A DNA stretch of 64,000 nucleotides, from the NCBI GenBank assembly GCA_036676395.1, contig JAKFCY010000002.1:736001-800000 (forward strand). The letters run 5' to 3'. This stretch comes from Bdellovibrio sp. GTDB lineage: Bacteria; Bdellovibrionota; Bdellovibrionia; Bdellovibrionales; Bdellovibrionaceae. Below, piece by piece: positions 40,127 through 48,858 of this stretch. A program made the translations under genes and the position numbers. The notes beneath the pieces are model-generated. The model was not told the origin of the DNA and did not search any database. It saw only the letters and a list, made by a program, of their open reading frames with translations. The first letter of the stretch is position 1, and each line of letters opens with the position of its first letter.

Positions 40127-41068
40127 ATGAAAAATTTCATCTTCTTAGCGATTTTTGTAGCTTCAGTTCAGTCGCATGCCCAGATCAAAGAGGCTTATCA
40201 AAAAATCAGTCAAGCGGTAACTGGTTCAGCGAAAATTTCGCAGCCTCATTACTTTCCTGCGCAATGGGAAGTTTTAGCTCAAGCTGGAGCAACTTTAGCA
40301 AATAGAGAATTTAAACCGAACGATTCAGCAAGTTTTGATGCAAAGACTGCGGCGCAAACCATCAATGCGGCAGTCACAGTGGGAGTTTTAGATTTTCTTT
40401 CAGTCGGAATCAATTGGGACTACGACCTTAAAAATCGTGCTACGTATGAAAGTCCACTTCCGGCAGAAAATTCTAAAGGACCAAATGATCCGATCATCAA
40501 TTTAACCGGTCGTGCGGGTGATTTTGATTCTGCGAAGATCGATGTGAAGTTAGCCTACCAGCCCAAAACAGGCGACGCAAAATTTCCAGCTCCGGACAAA
40601 GATGGAAACGCTCTAAACGGTTACAGAACAACAACTTTAGGCTTAGAGTTAGACTTTTTAGTGACCAATACTTCTCAAGTGTTTTTATTAGCTGAGTACA
40701 GCATGCTGGGTGAAAGAACGGCTATTGATCAGACAACCGACGATGTTCTTAATGTCAAAGAGCTCAAATCGAATTTTATAAAAGTAGGAACTCTAACTGA
40801 AATCGTCAACGACACTTTTTTTGGAATTGCGTTTTCAAACCTTCATCAAGATGGCGGTCGCACTCTACAAAACGATGGTTTATCAACAGTTGAAGCTTCA
40901 GAAATCAATGCGACAGCTCTGACAGTAACAGGTAAGCATGAATTCACGCCTAATTCGGCTTTAAATATTGAGCTAGAATATGTTCTTAATGGAAGCCTTA
41001 AAAGTTCTACTTCGGAAACGAAGTTTGACGGCCATGTCCTTTCTGTAAGTTACCTAGTACGTTTCTAA
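40127..41068 (+). CDS. Putative outer-membrane beta-barrel protein
   Basis: Signal peptide ending SHA; alternating amphipathic strands; C-terminal VSYLVRF beta-signal. Confidence 0.7.
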   Translation: MKNFIFLAIFVASVQSHAQIKEAYQKISQAVTGSAKISQPHYFPAQWEVLAQAGATLANREFKPNDSASFDAKTAAQTINAAVTVGVLDFLSVGINWDYDLKNRATYESPLPAENSKGPNDPIINLTGRAGDFDSAKIDVKLAYQPKTGDAKFPAPDKDGNALNGYRTTTLGLELDFLVTNTSQVFLLAEYSMLGERTAIDQTTDDVLNVKELKSNFIKVGTLTEIVNDTFFGIAFSNLHQDGGRTLQNDGLSTVEASEINATALTVTGKHEFTPNSALNIELEYVLNGSLKSSTSETKFDGHVLSVSYLVRF

Positions 41069-41070
41069 AC

Positions 41071-41085
41071 TGGTCCATACGTTGC
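41071..41085 (+). promoter_or_regulatory. sigma54-type promoter candidate
   Basis: TGGTCCATACGTTGC: GG 41072-73, GC 41084-85, followed by TCTTAA. Confidence 0.5.
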
Positions 41086-41219
41086 TCTTAAATTCTATGT
41101 CATAGCAAAGCGTAAGAAAAGTAAGGCTTAAAACAAATTTACCTTGTTTTAAGCCCTGAATCTAACGCTCGCGAAGTGACTAATTTGAGACACTGTCAAT
41201 TTGGTTGACGGAGGAACGT

Positions 41220-43463
41220 ATGCTGAAAAAAGTCGGAATGTCATTATTAGTAATACCACTGGTTATGGGAAACCTTGCCCATGCGGCTGATGGTATTTCA
41301 GGTCCTGGGCCGCAAGCTCAGCAAGCCGTAAATTTCGATCATGCAACTGATGCTAAGACTTCGATTTCACAGCAAATGGTTCTTTTTGAAATGCCACCTG
41401 AATATGAGTGTCCGCTATTTTCAAATTCTCCTTATACTGAAATTTTAAGTTCGTTAGATAGAATGCAAGAAAATTTAAATTCGACGTTTCCTCAGTGCGA
41501 TATGAAAGCGCAAAACGAAAAGGTCGCGCAAAAAGCGGTGGCTTTAAGAAATTCAGTATTTGAAGCTAAAAAATTACAAGAATCGGGTCAGACTTTTAAA
41601 TTAGAAATGACGGCGCAAACGATGGTGGATGCCGCTCAAAAAATTCAAGAGACGTTGGCTTTGGCTGCACAATCACAAACGAAGGTTTGTTACCGAAGCA
41701 ACCAACAATTTAGAAATGTAGTTTTCTCGATTAATGAAACGTTTCAAGGTATTGCTCCCGTTGTTCTTGATATGATTGCAAAAAATCCAGTTTTAGGGGC
41801 TAAGCTTGGCCCAGCAGTCAAAATTTTAGCTGGTGCTGATGCGCTTTCTAAAGGTTTAGGTTTTGTCGAGCAAATCGCTCAAGATTCAATTATGTTTGAT
41901 ATGACTGATCAAAATAATCGTGTAAACACTTTGAAAAACGTTTGTCAGTACATGAAGCTTTACCGTCGTCTTGATTACATGCGCAGTCTTAAACTTGGAC
42001 AAATTCAATCAGTGTACGCCGGCTACCAAAGTCGGATTCGTGATTTAAATCAAAATATCACAGATTACCGCCGTAAAAACAGCATGTCTGTATCGCCAAC
42101 CAACGCAGCTGCTGTAAAACAACAGGCCTTTGAATTGGCAGGTATTGATGAATCTGATCCAAATTATCAGTTATTCAAGAGCTTGAAAACTTTATTGCCG
42201 GATGAGCTTAATAAATTACAAAAAGCACAATACGATCTTGAGCTAGCGGCAAAAGATCTTCAGCGTCCTGAAGTGGCTCAGTGCCAACTTATTCAGTCAT
42301 CTAAGCTTTCAGTGACTTACAAAAAGACCTTAGAAAAACTTATTGAATTTAGCATGACTTGGGCTGACCAAATGGGTGGATCGCCAGATTCAGCGGCGGC
42401 CATTGAAGTTTTAAAAAGCCAGTTAGATGCTTATGATGAATACTTCGCTGAAGCAAAAGCATCTAAAAATCTTATTGAGTGTGTGAAGCTTGGCCAAGAC
42501 TGGATTAAAATTTCTTTAGAATTATTAAGTACAGGTCAAAAGATCGTTCACATGTTTGCGCAAGAGCAGGCTGAATTACAAACTGAAAAAGATTCTATTA
42601 AAGAAAAAAGTTTATCTAAAAAAGAACGTGAAAAACAAAACGTACAAACTAACTTAGCTAGTTTAAAATCTATGATGCAATATGCGGCTTTTGAATCTAG
42701 CGAGATTGAAAAGCGCGCTAAAGATATGCACCGTTATTTCTTTCGCGGTCCATTTTACAATGAAGTTAAATCGGCTTGTTCGGATGATCCAAATTGTGGC
42801 TGGTGGCAAAAAACTGTGGGCGGAGTAAAAGCCGCTTACCAGTGGCAGCGTAATAATGGTCCAATTTACGAATTACTTCGTAACAATGACCAACATTTTA
42901 ATAATGCCTACAATCAGATGAATGAAGCGCGCGCGAAACTAAATGTGTTTGAATATCAATTCGCTAAAGCTGACTACAAAGGTGTAACTAAAATGGGAAC
43001 GATGGAGGCCATTTTAGCTCGTGGAAAATTATACGGTCAGCGGTTAACGCATTTATCTTTGAAATATATTAAAAAAGGAAGTCCTACGCATCAAAATCTT
43101 TGTATGAATGCGCGCCAAGTGTTGGATAAATACTTAGTAGCTTCGACCCACATGATGAGCAGCCAAGCGCTTTGTAATATGGTGTATCCGGCTTTAAAAG
43201 AAAATAATGTCGCATCAGCTTTGCGTGACTATTGTATTCCGCGTGCAGGACGTACTGAGGCCACTGATAAGGCTTCAAAACTGCAACAGTTAATTTACAC
43301 TTTAATTGGTGAGGGTGAAGGCAAAACACGTTGGGTAGTCTACTTTGGCGATACTCAGGCGCGCCAAATTGATGTCAGCAATGAAAATTCACCGAAAGCT
43401 CTAGTTGATAAACTGATCGAAAAATACGACAATCTTGAGTGTGAACAAAAATCTGGTTTTTAA
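41220..43463 (+). CDS. Large secreted alpha-helical hypothetical protein with spaced cysteines
   Basis: GGAGG RBS, ATG 41220, signal peptide ending AHA; coiled-coil-like segments; no family recognised. Confidence 0.65.
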   Translation: MLKKVGMSLLVIPLVMGNLAHAADGISGPGPQAQQAVNFDHATDAKTSISQQMVLFEMPPEYECPLFSNSPYTEILSSLDRMQENLNSTFPQCDMKAQNEKVAQKAVALRNSVFEAKKLQESGQTFKLEMTAQTMVDAAQKIQETLALAAQSQTKVCYRSNQQFRNVVFSINETFQGIAPVVLDMIAKNPVLGAKLGPAVKILAGADALSKGLGFVEQIAQDSIMFDMTDQNNRVNTLKNVCQYMKLYRRLDYMRSLKLGQIQSVYAGYQSRIRDLNQNITDYRRKNSMSVSPTNAAAVKQQAFELAGIDESDPNYQLFKSLKTLLPDELNKLQKAQYDLELAAKDLQRPEVAQCQLIQSSKLSVTYKKTLEKLIEFSMTWADQMGGSPDSAAAIEVLKSQLDAYDEYFAEAKASKNLIECVKLGQDWIKISLELLSTGQKIVHMFAQEQAELQTEKDSIKEKSLSKKEREKQNVQTNLASLKSMMQYAAFESSEIEKRAKDMHRYFFRGPFYNEVKSACSDDPNCGWWQKTVGGVKAAYQWQRNNGPIYELLRNNDQHFNNAYNQMNEARAKLNVFEYQFAKADYKGVTKMGTMEAILARGKLYGQRLTHLSLKYIKKGSPTHQNLCMNARQVLDKYLVASTHMMSSQALCNMVYPALKENNVASALRDYCIPRAGRTEATDKASKLQQLIYTLIGEGEGKTRWVVYFGDTQARQIDVSNENSPKALVDKLIEKYDNLECEQKSGF

Positions 43464-44631
43464 TTTTAGTTTAGTGAATGAAAATTTCGATGGTCATACA
43501 CCGAAAATGGCGATGATCATCGAAAATGGTTTGATCGCATGGCTTGGTCCGCAAAATAAAATCCCTAAAAAAAATAAATTCAAAAAAGAAATCGATTTGA
43601 AAAAGAAAAAGGTTTTGCCGGCCTTTATCGAATGCCACACGCATTCACTGTTTGCCGGCTCACGTGCAGATGAATTCGAGCTGCGCAATAACGGTGTAAG
43701 TTACTTAGAAATTGCTAAAAAGGGTGGGGGAATCCTATCCACCATGAAAAAGACCAGAACAGCTTCTGCTAAAGAGCTCTTAGCCAGCACGCAAGAGCGT
43801 GTGAATAACTTTATCAGACAAGGTGTGGCTACTGTCGAGATTAAATCTGGCTATGCTCTGGATTTGAAAAATGAAATCAAGTCTTTAGAGGTTATTAACA
43901 AAATTAAAACGGCGCGGGTGATTCCTACTTTTTTAGGAGCACACGCGAAGCCTCCTGAGTATGATTCTTACAGAAAATATTTAGAGTATTTAGCTAAAGA
44001 AGTTTTACCTATCGTAAAAAAGAAAAAGCTTTCAAACCGCGTTGATATTTTTATTGAGAAAAATTTTTTCGAAGTTCCAGAAGCGCAAACTTATTTAGCT
44101 GCGGCAAAAAGACTTGGCTTTGAAGTTACGATTCACGCCAATCAGTTATCGTTATCTGGCGGGGCAGAGCTGGCATTAGAATTACAGGCTCAATCTGCAG
44201 ATCATGTGATTCACTTAACCGATGAAACGATTCAATACTTTGCGCGCGGTAAAACTGTGGCCGTATTATTACCAGCGGCCGACTTATATATGAAGTGTCC
44301 GTATCCACCAGCGCGCAATTTAATAGATAGTGGTGCGACAGTTGCACTGGCTACAGATTATAACCCTGGGAGTTGCCCGACGCAGGATCTATCTTTGGTG
44401 GGATTACTTGCGCGTTTAGAAATGAAGATGACCTTGTCTGAAGTTTTTAAAGCTTACACAATCAATGCCGCATGCGCTTTAGGGATTGACCATGAAGAAG
44501 GGTCATTGGCTGTTGGTAAAAGAGCTAATTTTATTTGCACTGATGCAGAGCTTTCTGACTTTTTCTATTCAGCAGGTGCAATGCCAAGTCATCAACTTTT
44601 CATTCGTGGAAAGCCAACTTTAGTCGAGTAA
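43435..44631 (+). CDS. hutI: Imidazolonepropionase
   Basis: IECHTHSLFAGSRADEF, GGGILST, EIKSGY, GAHA, IHANQL, SADH, ATDYNPGS. Start uncertain. Confidence 0.95.
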   Translation: MSVNKNLVFNFSLVNENFDGHTPKMAMIIENGLIAWLGPQNKIPKKNKFKKEIDLKKKKVLPAFIECHTHSLFAGSRADEFELRNNGVSYLEIAKKGGGILSTMKKTRTASAKELLASTQERVNNFIRQGVATVEIKSGYALDLKNEIKSLEVINKIKTARVIPTFLGAHAKPPEYDSYRKYLEYLAKEVLPIVKKKKLSNRVDIFIEKNFFEVPEAQTYLAAAKRLGFEVTIHANQLSLSGGAELALELQAQSADHVIHLTDETIQYFARGKTVAVLLPAADLYMKCPYPPARNLIDSGATVALATDYNPGSCPTQDLSLVGLLARLEMKMTLSEVFKAYTINAACALGIDHEEGSLAVGKRANFICTDAELSDFFYSAGAMPSHQLFIRGKPTLVE

Positions 44632-44719
44632 TTCCTCTTCAAATTACACGTGGCGTCTTAAAATTTAAGATTCTTACATTTTTGTTGTATAAGGGGTGCA
44701 GTCTTTCTAGGCTCACGTT

Positions 44720-45139
44720 ATGGCAGCAAGTTATTCTTCTTTTTTAACGACGCAATATTATAGTCCGGTATTTAATACCGCTTTATTCGATGGCCCTTTT
44801 CGAATTTATTTTTCGCAAAGTTATGAGTCTGTCGCTTTAAAGATTTATCACTTACTGCAAACCCAGGATTTAGGGCTTTGGACTGAATATAAAAAATGGT
44901 CTGAAAAAACTAAAAAGCACGCTTTCATTTTAATTTACCCATCGTCTCAAGACTTAGCTGTCGCTTTTGATGGTGAAGCACAAGCTCCTTTAATGAATCG
45001 TCTTTGGGATGAAGGCTTGATTCTGGGCTTTGCCAATTCTCACTCAGATGATGCTTTTTCGGTAATTTACCAAAGCATTCTGACTCAACTTAAGAATTTT
45101 ATCGCTACAGAAAAAACCAATCTGAATTTACAATTCTAA
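44720..45139 (+). CDS. Hypothetical protein
   Basis: 139-aa ORF filling the gap; YYSPVFNTALFDGPFRIYFSQ looks like a conserved core. Confidence 0.6.
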   Translation: MAASYSSFLTTQYYSPVFNTALFDGPFRIYFSQSYESVALKIYHLLQTQDLGLWTEYKKWSEKTKKHAFILIYPSSQDLAVAFDGEAQAPLMNRLWDEGLILGFANSHSDDAFSVIYQSILTQLKNFIATEKTNLNLQF

Positions 45140-45190
45140 AACGTCACATTAATCCTGTTGTTTTCGAAAATTTGTTCTTATACTTAGAGT

Positions 45191-45415
45191 ATGCGCTTTA
45201 ATAGTCGTGGACAGGTTATTGTCGAATATTTATTAATCATGGTTCTTATGGTGGCGATCGCCGCGACAGTGACTAAAAATTTAGTGGGCCGCGGTGATGA
45301 TGGCAATCAAGGTGTTATCGTCAAAGCTTGGAGCCGCATGGTTAAAGCTATCGGAAATGATTTACCAGATTGCGCCAAACAGCAGAACTTCAACACAGCG
45401 AATTGTCCTAATTAG
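45191..45415 (+). CDS. Small Flp/TadE-like pilin (class III signal peptide)
   Basis: NSRG|QVIVEYLLIMVLMVAI (GQxxxEY motif); terminal Cys pair. Confidence 0.75.
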   Translation: MRFNSRGQVIVEYLLIMVLMVAIAATVTKNLVGRGDDGNQGVIVKAWSRMVKAIGNDLPDCAKQQNFNTANCPN

Positions 45416-45465
45416 GTAGGCCGTCCCTTTTTCGGGAGCAGCGCTTCCCAAAAAGTAACGCCTTA

Positions 45466-46236
45466 CTAAATAAAGCCGAAACCGCGTTTTTTAACTTCGA
45501 TGTTTATTCTTTTTTGCAGATTCTCTTGAATCTCGGTGGCTAATTCATGACAAAGTTCAGAATCACTCATTTTGTCTGGGCCAAATGGCAAAGTGACTGG
45601 TTTTTCGAAAATAATTTTCCACTTTGCAGGCAGGGGAATCACATTCAGAGGAAGCGGTAATACTAAACCACGTAAAAATTTTGAAAACTTAAGCTGGCGC
45701 AAATTAATATTTGTCTCTTCGGCGCCTAAGATCACCGTCGGAACAATCGTCGCATCGGTGGCTAGAGCCATGCGAATAAAGCCGCGTTTGAATTCTTGCA
45801 GCTGATAGCGCTTCGAAGTGGGTTTGAAATTACCATGTTCACCTTCAGGAAAAATCACGATCATTTGTTTTTTCTTTAGATAATTCACGCCGTTTTCAAA
45901 AGTCGCCTCGAAAAAACCAAGTTTTTGCGCAGGGAGTGCTGTGGTTTCAGTTAAAAACCATAAATGATGGGTAAGAACTCTCGGAACCCGCTGAGTTTTT
46001 TCTTGAATAATGTAAGCTAGTACCATGGCATCCATTGCGGTAAAGCCTGAATGATTTGGGGCTATGATTATTGGTCCGCTGGTGGGGATATTTTCTACGC
46101 CTTCAACTTGAATGCGAAAATATTTTTTTAAAATCTCCATGAAAAGGCGCGGAAAAACTTTATATAGCAACTCGTCAGCACCGAGTGACTTTAAATTGAA
46201 TACTTTTTCGTTGGGTTTTTTTAAAAAATTGATCAT
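45466..46236 (-). CDS. Lysophospholipid/glycerol-phosphate acyltransferase (PlsC-like)
   Basis: NHSGFTAMD (HxxxxD-like), IFPEG, FKRGF, IVPTVILG. Start uncertain. Confidence 0.85.
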   Translation of the reverse strand: MINFLKKPNEKVFNLKSLGADELLYKVFPRLFMEILKKYFRIQVEGVENIPTSGPIIIAPNHSGFTAMDAMVLAYIIQEKTQRVPRVLTHHLWFLTETTALPAQKLGFFEATFENGVNYLKKKQMIVIFPEGEHGNFKPTSKRYQLQEFKRGFIRMALATDATIVPTVILGAEETNINLRQLKFSKFLRGLVLPLPLNVIPLPAKWKIIFEKPVTLPFGPDKMSDSELCHELATEIQENLQKRINIEVKKRGFGFI

Positions 46237-46245
46237 GATATTTCT

Positions 46246-47730
46246 ATGAAAAAATATATCATGGCCATCGATCAAGGAACAACCGGTTCAACAGTCATTT
46301 TAGTGGATCAAGGCGGAGGTCTGGTCGCATCTAGTGATCAGGATTTTCCGCAACACTATCCGAAACCTGGTTGGGTTGAGCATGATCCTCGTGATATTTG
46401 GGAATCTGTCTCTCAATCGGCGCGTAAAGCATTAAGTAAGATTCAGGCGAGCCCCGGTGATGTTTTAACAATAGGTATCACGAATCAACGTGAAACCGTT
46501 GTGGCTTGGCGTAAATCAAATTCTGAAGTGTTACACAATGCCATTGTGTGGCAATGTCGTAGAACTACCGAGATGTGCAATAAGCTTCGTCCAACGTGGC
46601 AGAAAAAAATCAAAGATAAAACAGGTCTGGTGCTGGATCCTTATTTTTCGGCCAGCAAAATGCGTTGGTTAATTGAAAATGTTCCAGCGGTTAAAAAAGC
46701 TTTAAATGATGATGATTTAGCCTTCGGTAACATGGACACATTTTTAATGTGGAAATTAACTTCAGGAAAAACTTTCGCCACAGATGTAAGTAATGCCTCT
46801 CGCACGATGTTAATGAATTTAAAAACCTTAGCTTGGGATAAAGATTTATTAAAATTATTTAAAGTTCCTCTTTCTGCATTACCAGAAATTAAATCATCAG
46901 CCGGAGCTTTTGGTGTTACCCAAAATGCTGGTTTTGTTGTTGATGGCACTCTGATTTCTGGAGTTGCCGGAGACCAGCAGGCAGCTCTTTTTGGTCAGGC
47001 TTGTTACACGGCTGGTGAAAGTAAATGCACGTTTGGAACCGGCAGTTTTATCTTGATGAATTCAGGAACGAAAATTTTAAAATCAAAATCAAACTTACTG
47101 ACAACGGTAGCGTGGAAAATTAAAGATCAACCCGCGCAGTACGCTCTTGAGGGTGGAGCCTTTATTTGTGGCGCTGCAGTTCAATGGTTACGTGATGGTT
47201 TAGGATTAATTGAATCAAGTGCTGAAGTCGAAAAACTAGCTGCCGAAGTTCCGAACACGAACGGTGTTGAATTTGTTCCAGCGCTTACAGGCCTTGGCGC
47301 GCCTCACTGGAAGCCAGAGGCTCGCGGCGAATTAACTGGTTTAACCCGCGGGACGACAAAGTCTCACATTGCCCGCGCCACCTTAGAGGCAATGGCCTTA
47401 CAAAATGCAGATATTTTGATAGCGATGCAAAAAGATTTAGGTAAAAAAATTAAAAAATTACGCGTTGATGGCGGGGCCTCGGCAAATAATTTATTAATGC
47501 AACTACAGGCTGATTATTTACAAACACAAGTTGATCGGCCTCAACAAATCGAAACCACTTCAATGGGAGCTGCTTACTTAGCTGGAATAGGCGCGGGGGT
47601 TTGGAATTCGACGGCCGAAATTAATAAAATCTGGAAAATCGATCGTTCGTTTAATGCGACGATTAAGAAAAAAGACTTAACGGCACGACAAAAATCGTGG
47701 GCTAAGGCGATAAAAAAAGTGTTAGTTTAA
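46246..47730 (+). CDS. glpK: Glycerol kinase
   Basis: AIDQGTT, GITNQRET, AIVWQ, PYFSASK, TDVSNASRT, GDQQAALFGQ, KCTFGTG, RVDGG. Confidence 0.98.
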   Translation: MKKYIMAIDQGTTGSTVILVDQGGGLVASSDQDFPQHYPKPGWVEHDPRDIWESVSQSARKALSKIQASPGDVLTIGITNQRETVVAWRKSNSEVLHNAIVWQCRRTTEMCNKLRPTWQKKIKDKTGLVLDPYFSASKMRWLIENVPAVKKALNDDDLAFGNMDTFLMWKLTSGKTFATDVSNASRTMLMNLKTLAWDKDLLKLFKVPLSALPEIKSSAGAFGVTQNAGFVVDGTLISGVAGDQQAALFGQACYTAGESKCTFGTGSFILMNSGTKILKSKSNLLTTVAWKIKDQPAQYALEGGAFICGAAVQWLRDGLGLIESSAEVEKLAAEVPNTNGVEFVPALTGLGAPHWKPEARGELTGLTRGTTKSHIARATLEAMALQNADILIAMQKDLGKKIKKLRVDGGASANNLLMQLQADYLQTQVDRPQQIETTSMGAAYLAGIGAGVWNSTAEINKIWKIDRSFNATIKKKDLTARQKSWAKAIKKVLV

Positions 47731-47864
47731 AGTCACTATATCGTCCAAGATCAAAACAATACGTATTGAAATCTAGTTTTGAAACATTCCATTCTGGACC
47801 TGTCCTATAAAGTCGTAGCCGGACAGGTGGCCCTTCTTTTAAAATTAAGTAAAAGGAAGTTTTT

Positions 47865-48761
47865 ATGAAAAAATGGATGTTCATTATTATATCGTTAAGT
47901 TTAATTTCTTTTTCTTGTAAGAAAAAAATTGAAGACGAGGCGGCGACGGCTTCACTAGAGACTGAAGAGATTGCGCAGCAAGTCGGTGAAACTATGGCAG
48001 CAATTGATGAAGCCGGTGGTTCATCGGGCCAATTTGCATTTATGAAATCGCAGTTAAGAACTTTTGCGCGTGTTACGCCAAATGCATTAGAAAAACCAAG
48101 TTTAATGTCTTTAATTATGCCCACAGCAGAAGCGGCTACGTGTGCTGTAGGACAGACTTTTTCTGGTTGTGTTAGTAATGTAGTTACCCGTAATTTTAAT
48201 AACTGCACGATTGGTACAGCAACAGTGAGCGGCTCTGTAACCTTAACCTATTACGATGCAGGTGTTGATAACACTTGTTCTATGGCTGTTGCGCCAGATC
48301 AAGTTCATCGTAATCCAAATTTTACAGTTTCAACTCCAAGTGGAGCTGTTTTAAGTGTTACAAAAACTTCTACGTGGGGGCAATCAGTTGCTAAGGTATC
48401 TTCTCACTTATTTCGTATCGACAACGATGGTATCAATCGTAAGTTAACATTCAACGGTGCTACATTAATTGATATTACAACGACAATTCCAAACCATATC
48501 ACGGTTTCTGGCGTAGCGCGTGCTGGCCGTACAATGAATGGCGGAGAGGTTTTTACAACTAACAATCTGACTGGTAAAACATGCAGTTTGGTTCCGACAA
48601 ATGTGACATGGAACGGAAGCTGTAACTGTGCGATTTCGGGTAGCTGGTCAGGAAGCTGCAGCGACGGAAACATGGCGACAGTTGATATCACAGGTTGCGG
48701 AACTGCCGATATCACTATCAACGGCGAAGGTAAATCAATTACATTCGATCGTTGCTACTAA
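47865..48761 (+). CDS. Cys-rich beta-strand hypothetical lipoprotein
   Basis: Lipobox-like LISFS-C; Thr/Gly/Cys-rich beta architecture. Confidence 0.7.
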   Translation: MKKWMFIIISLSLISFSCKKKIEDEAATASLETEEIAQQVGETMAAIDEAGGSSGQFAFMKSQLRTFARVTPNALEKPSLMSLIMPTAEAATCAVGQTFSGCVSNVVTRNFNNCTIGTATVSGSVTLTYYDAGVDNTCSMAVAPDQVHRNPNFTVSTPSGAVLSVTKTSTWGQSVAKVSSHLFRIDNDGINRKLTFNGATLIDITTTIPNHITVSGVARAGRTMNGGEVFTTNNLTGKTCSLVPTNVTWNGSCNCAISGSWSGSCSDGNMATVDITGCGTADITINGEGKSITFDRCY

Positions 48762-48798
48762 AATAAAAAAATGGCCATCAAGTATTCATGACGGCCAT
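48762..48798 (-). terminator. Intrinsic terminator for the minus-strand gene 48859-50601
   Basis: Minus strand ATGGCCGTCA-loop-TGATGGCCAT followed by a T tract. Confidence 0.7.
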
Positions 48799-48822
48799 AT
48801 AGTTCTATTAAATAGTTCTAAT

Positions 48823-48854
48823 AATCGCGGGAGGGGCCCGCGATTTTTGTTTTT
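48823..48854 (+). terminator. Intrinsic terminator for the plus-strand lipoprotein gene
   Basis: AATCGCGGG-AGGGG-CCCGCGATT followed by TTTGTTTTT. Confidence 0.75.
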
Positions 48855-48858
48855 AAAA

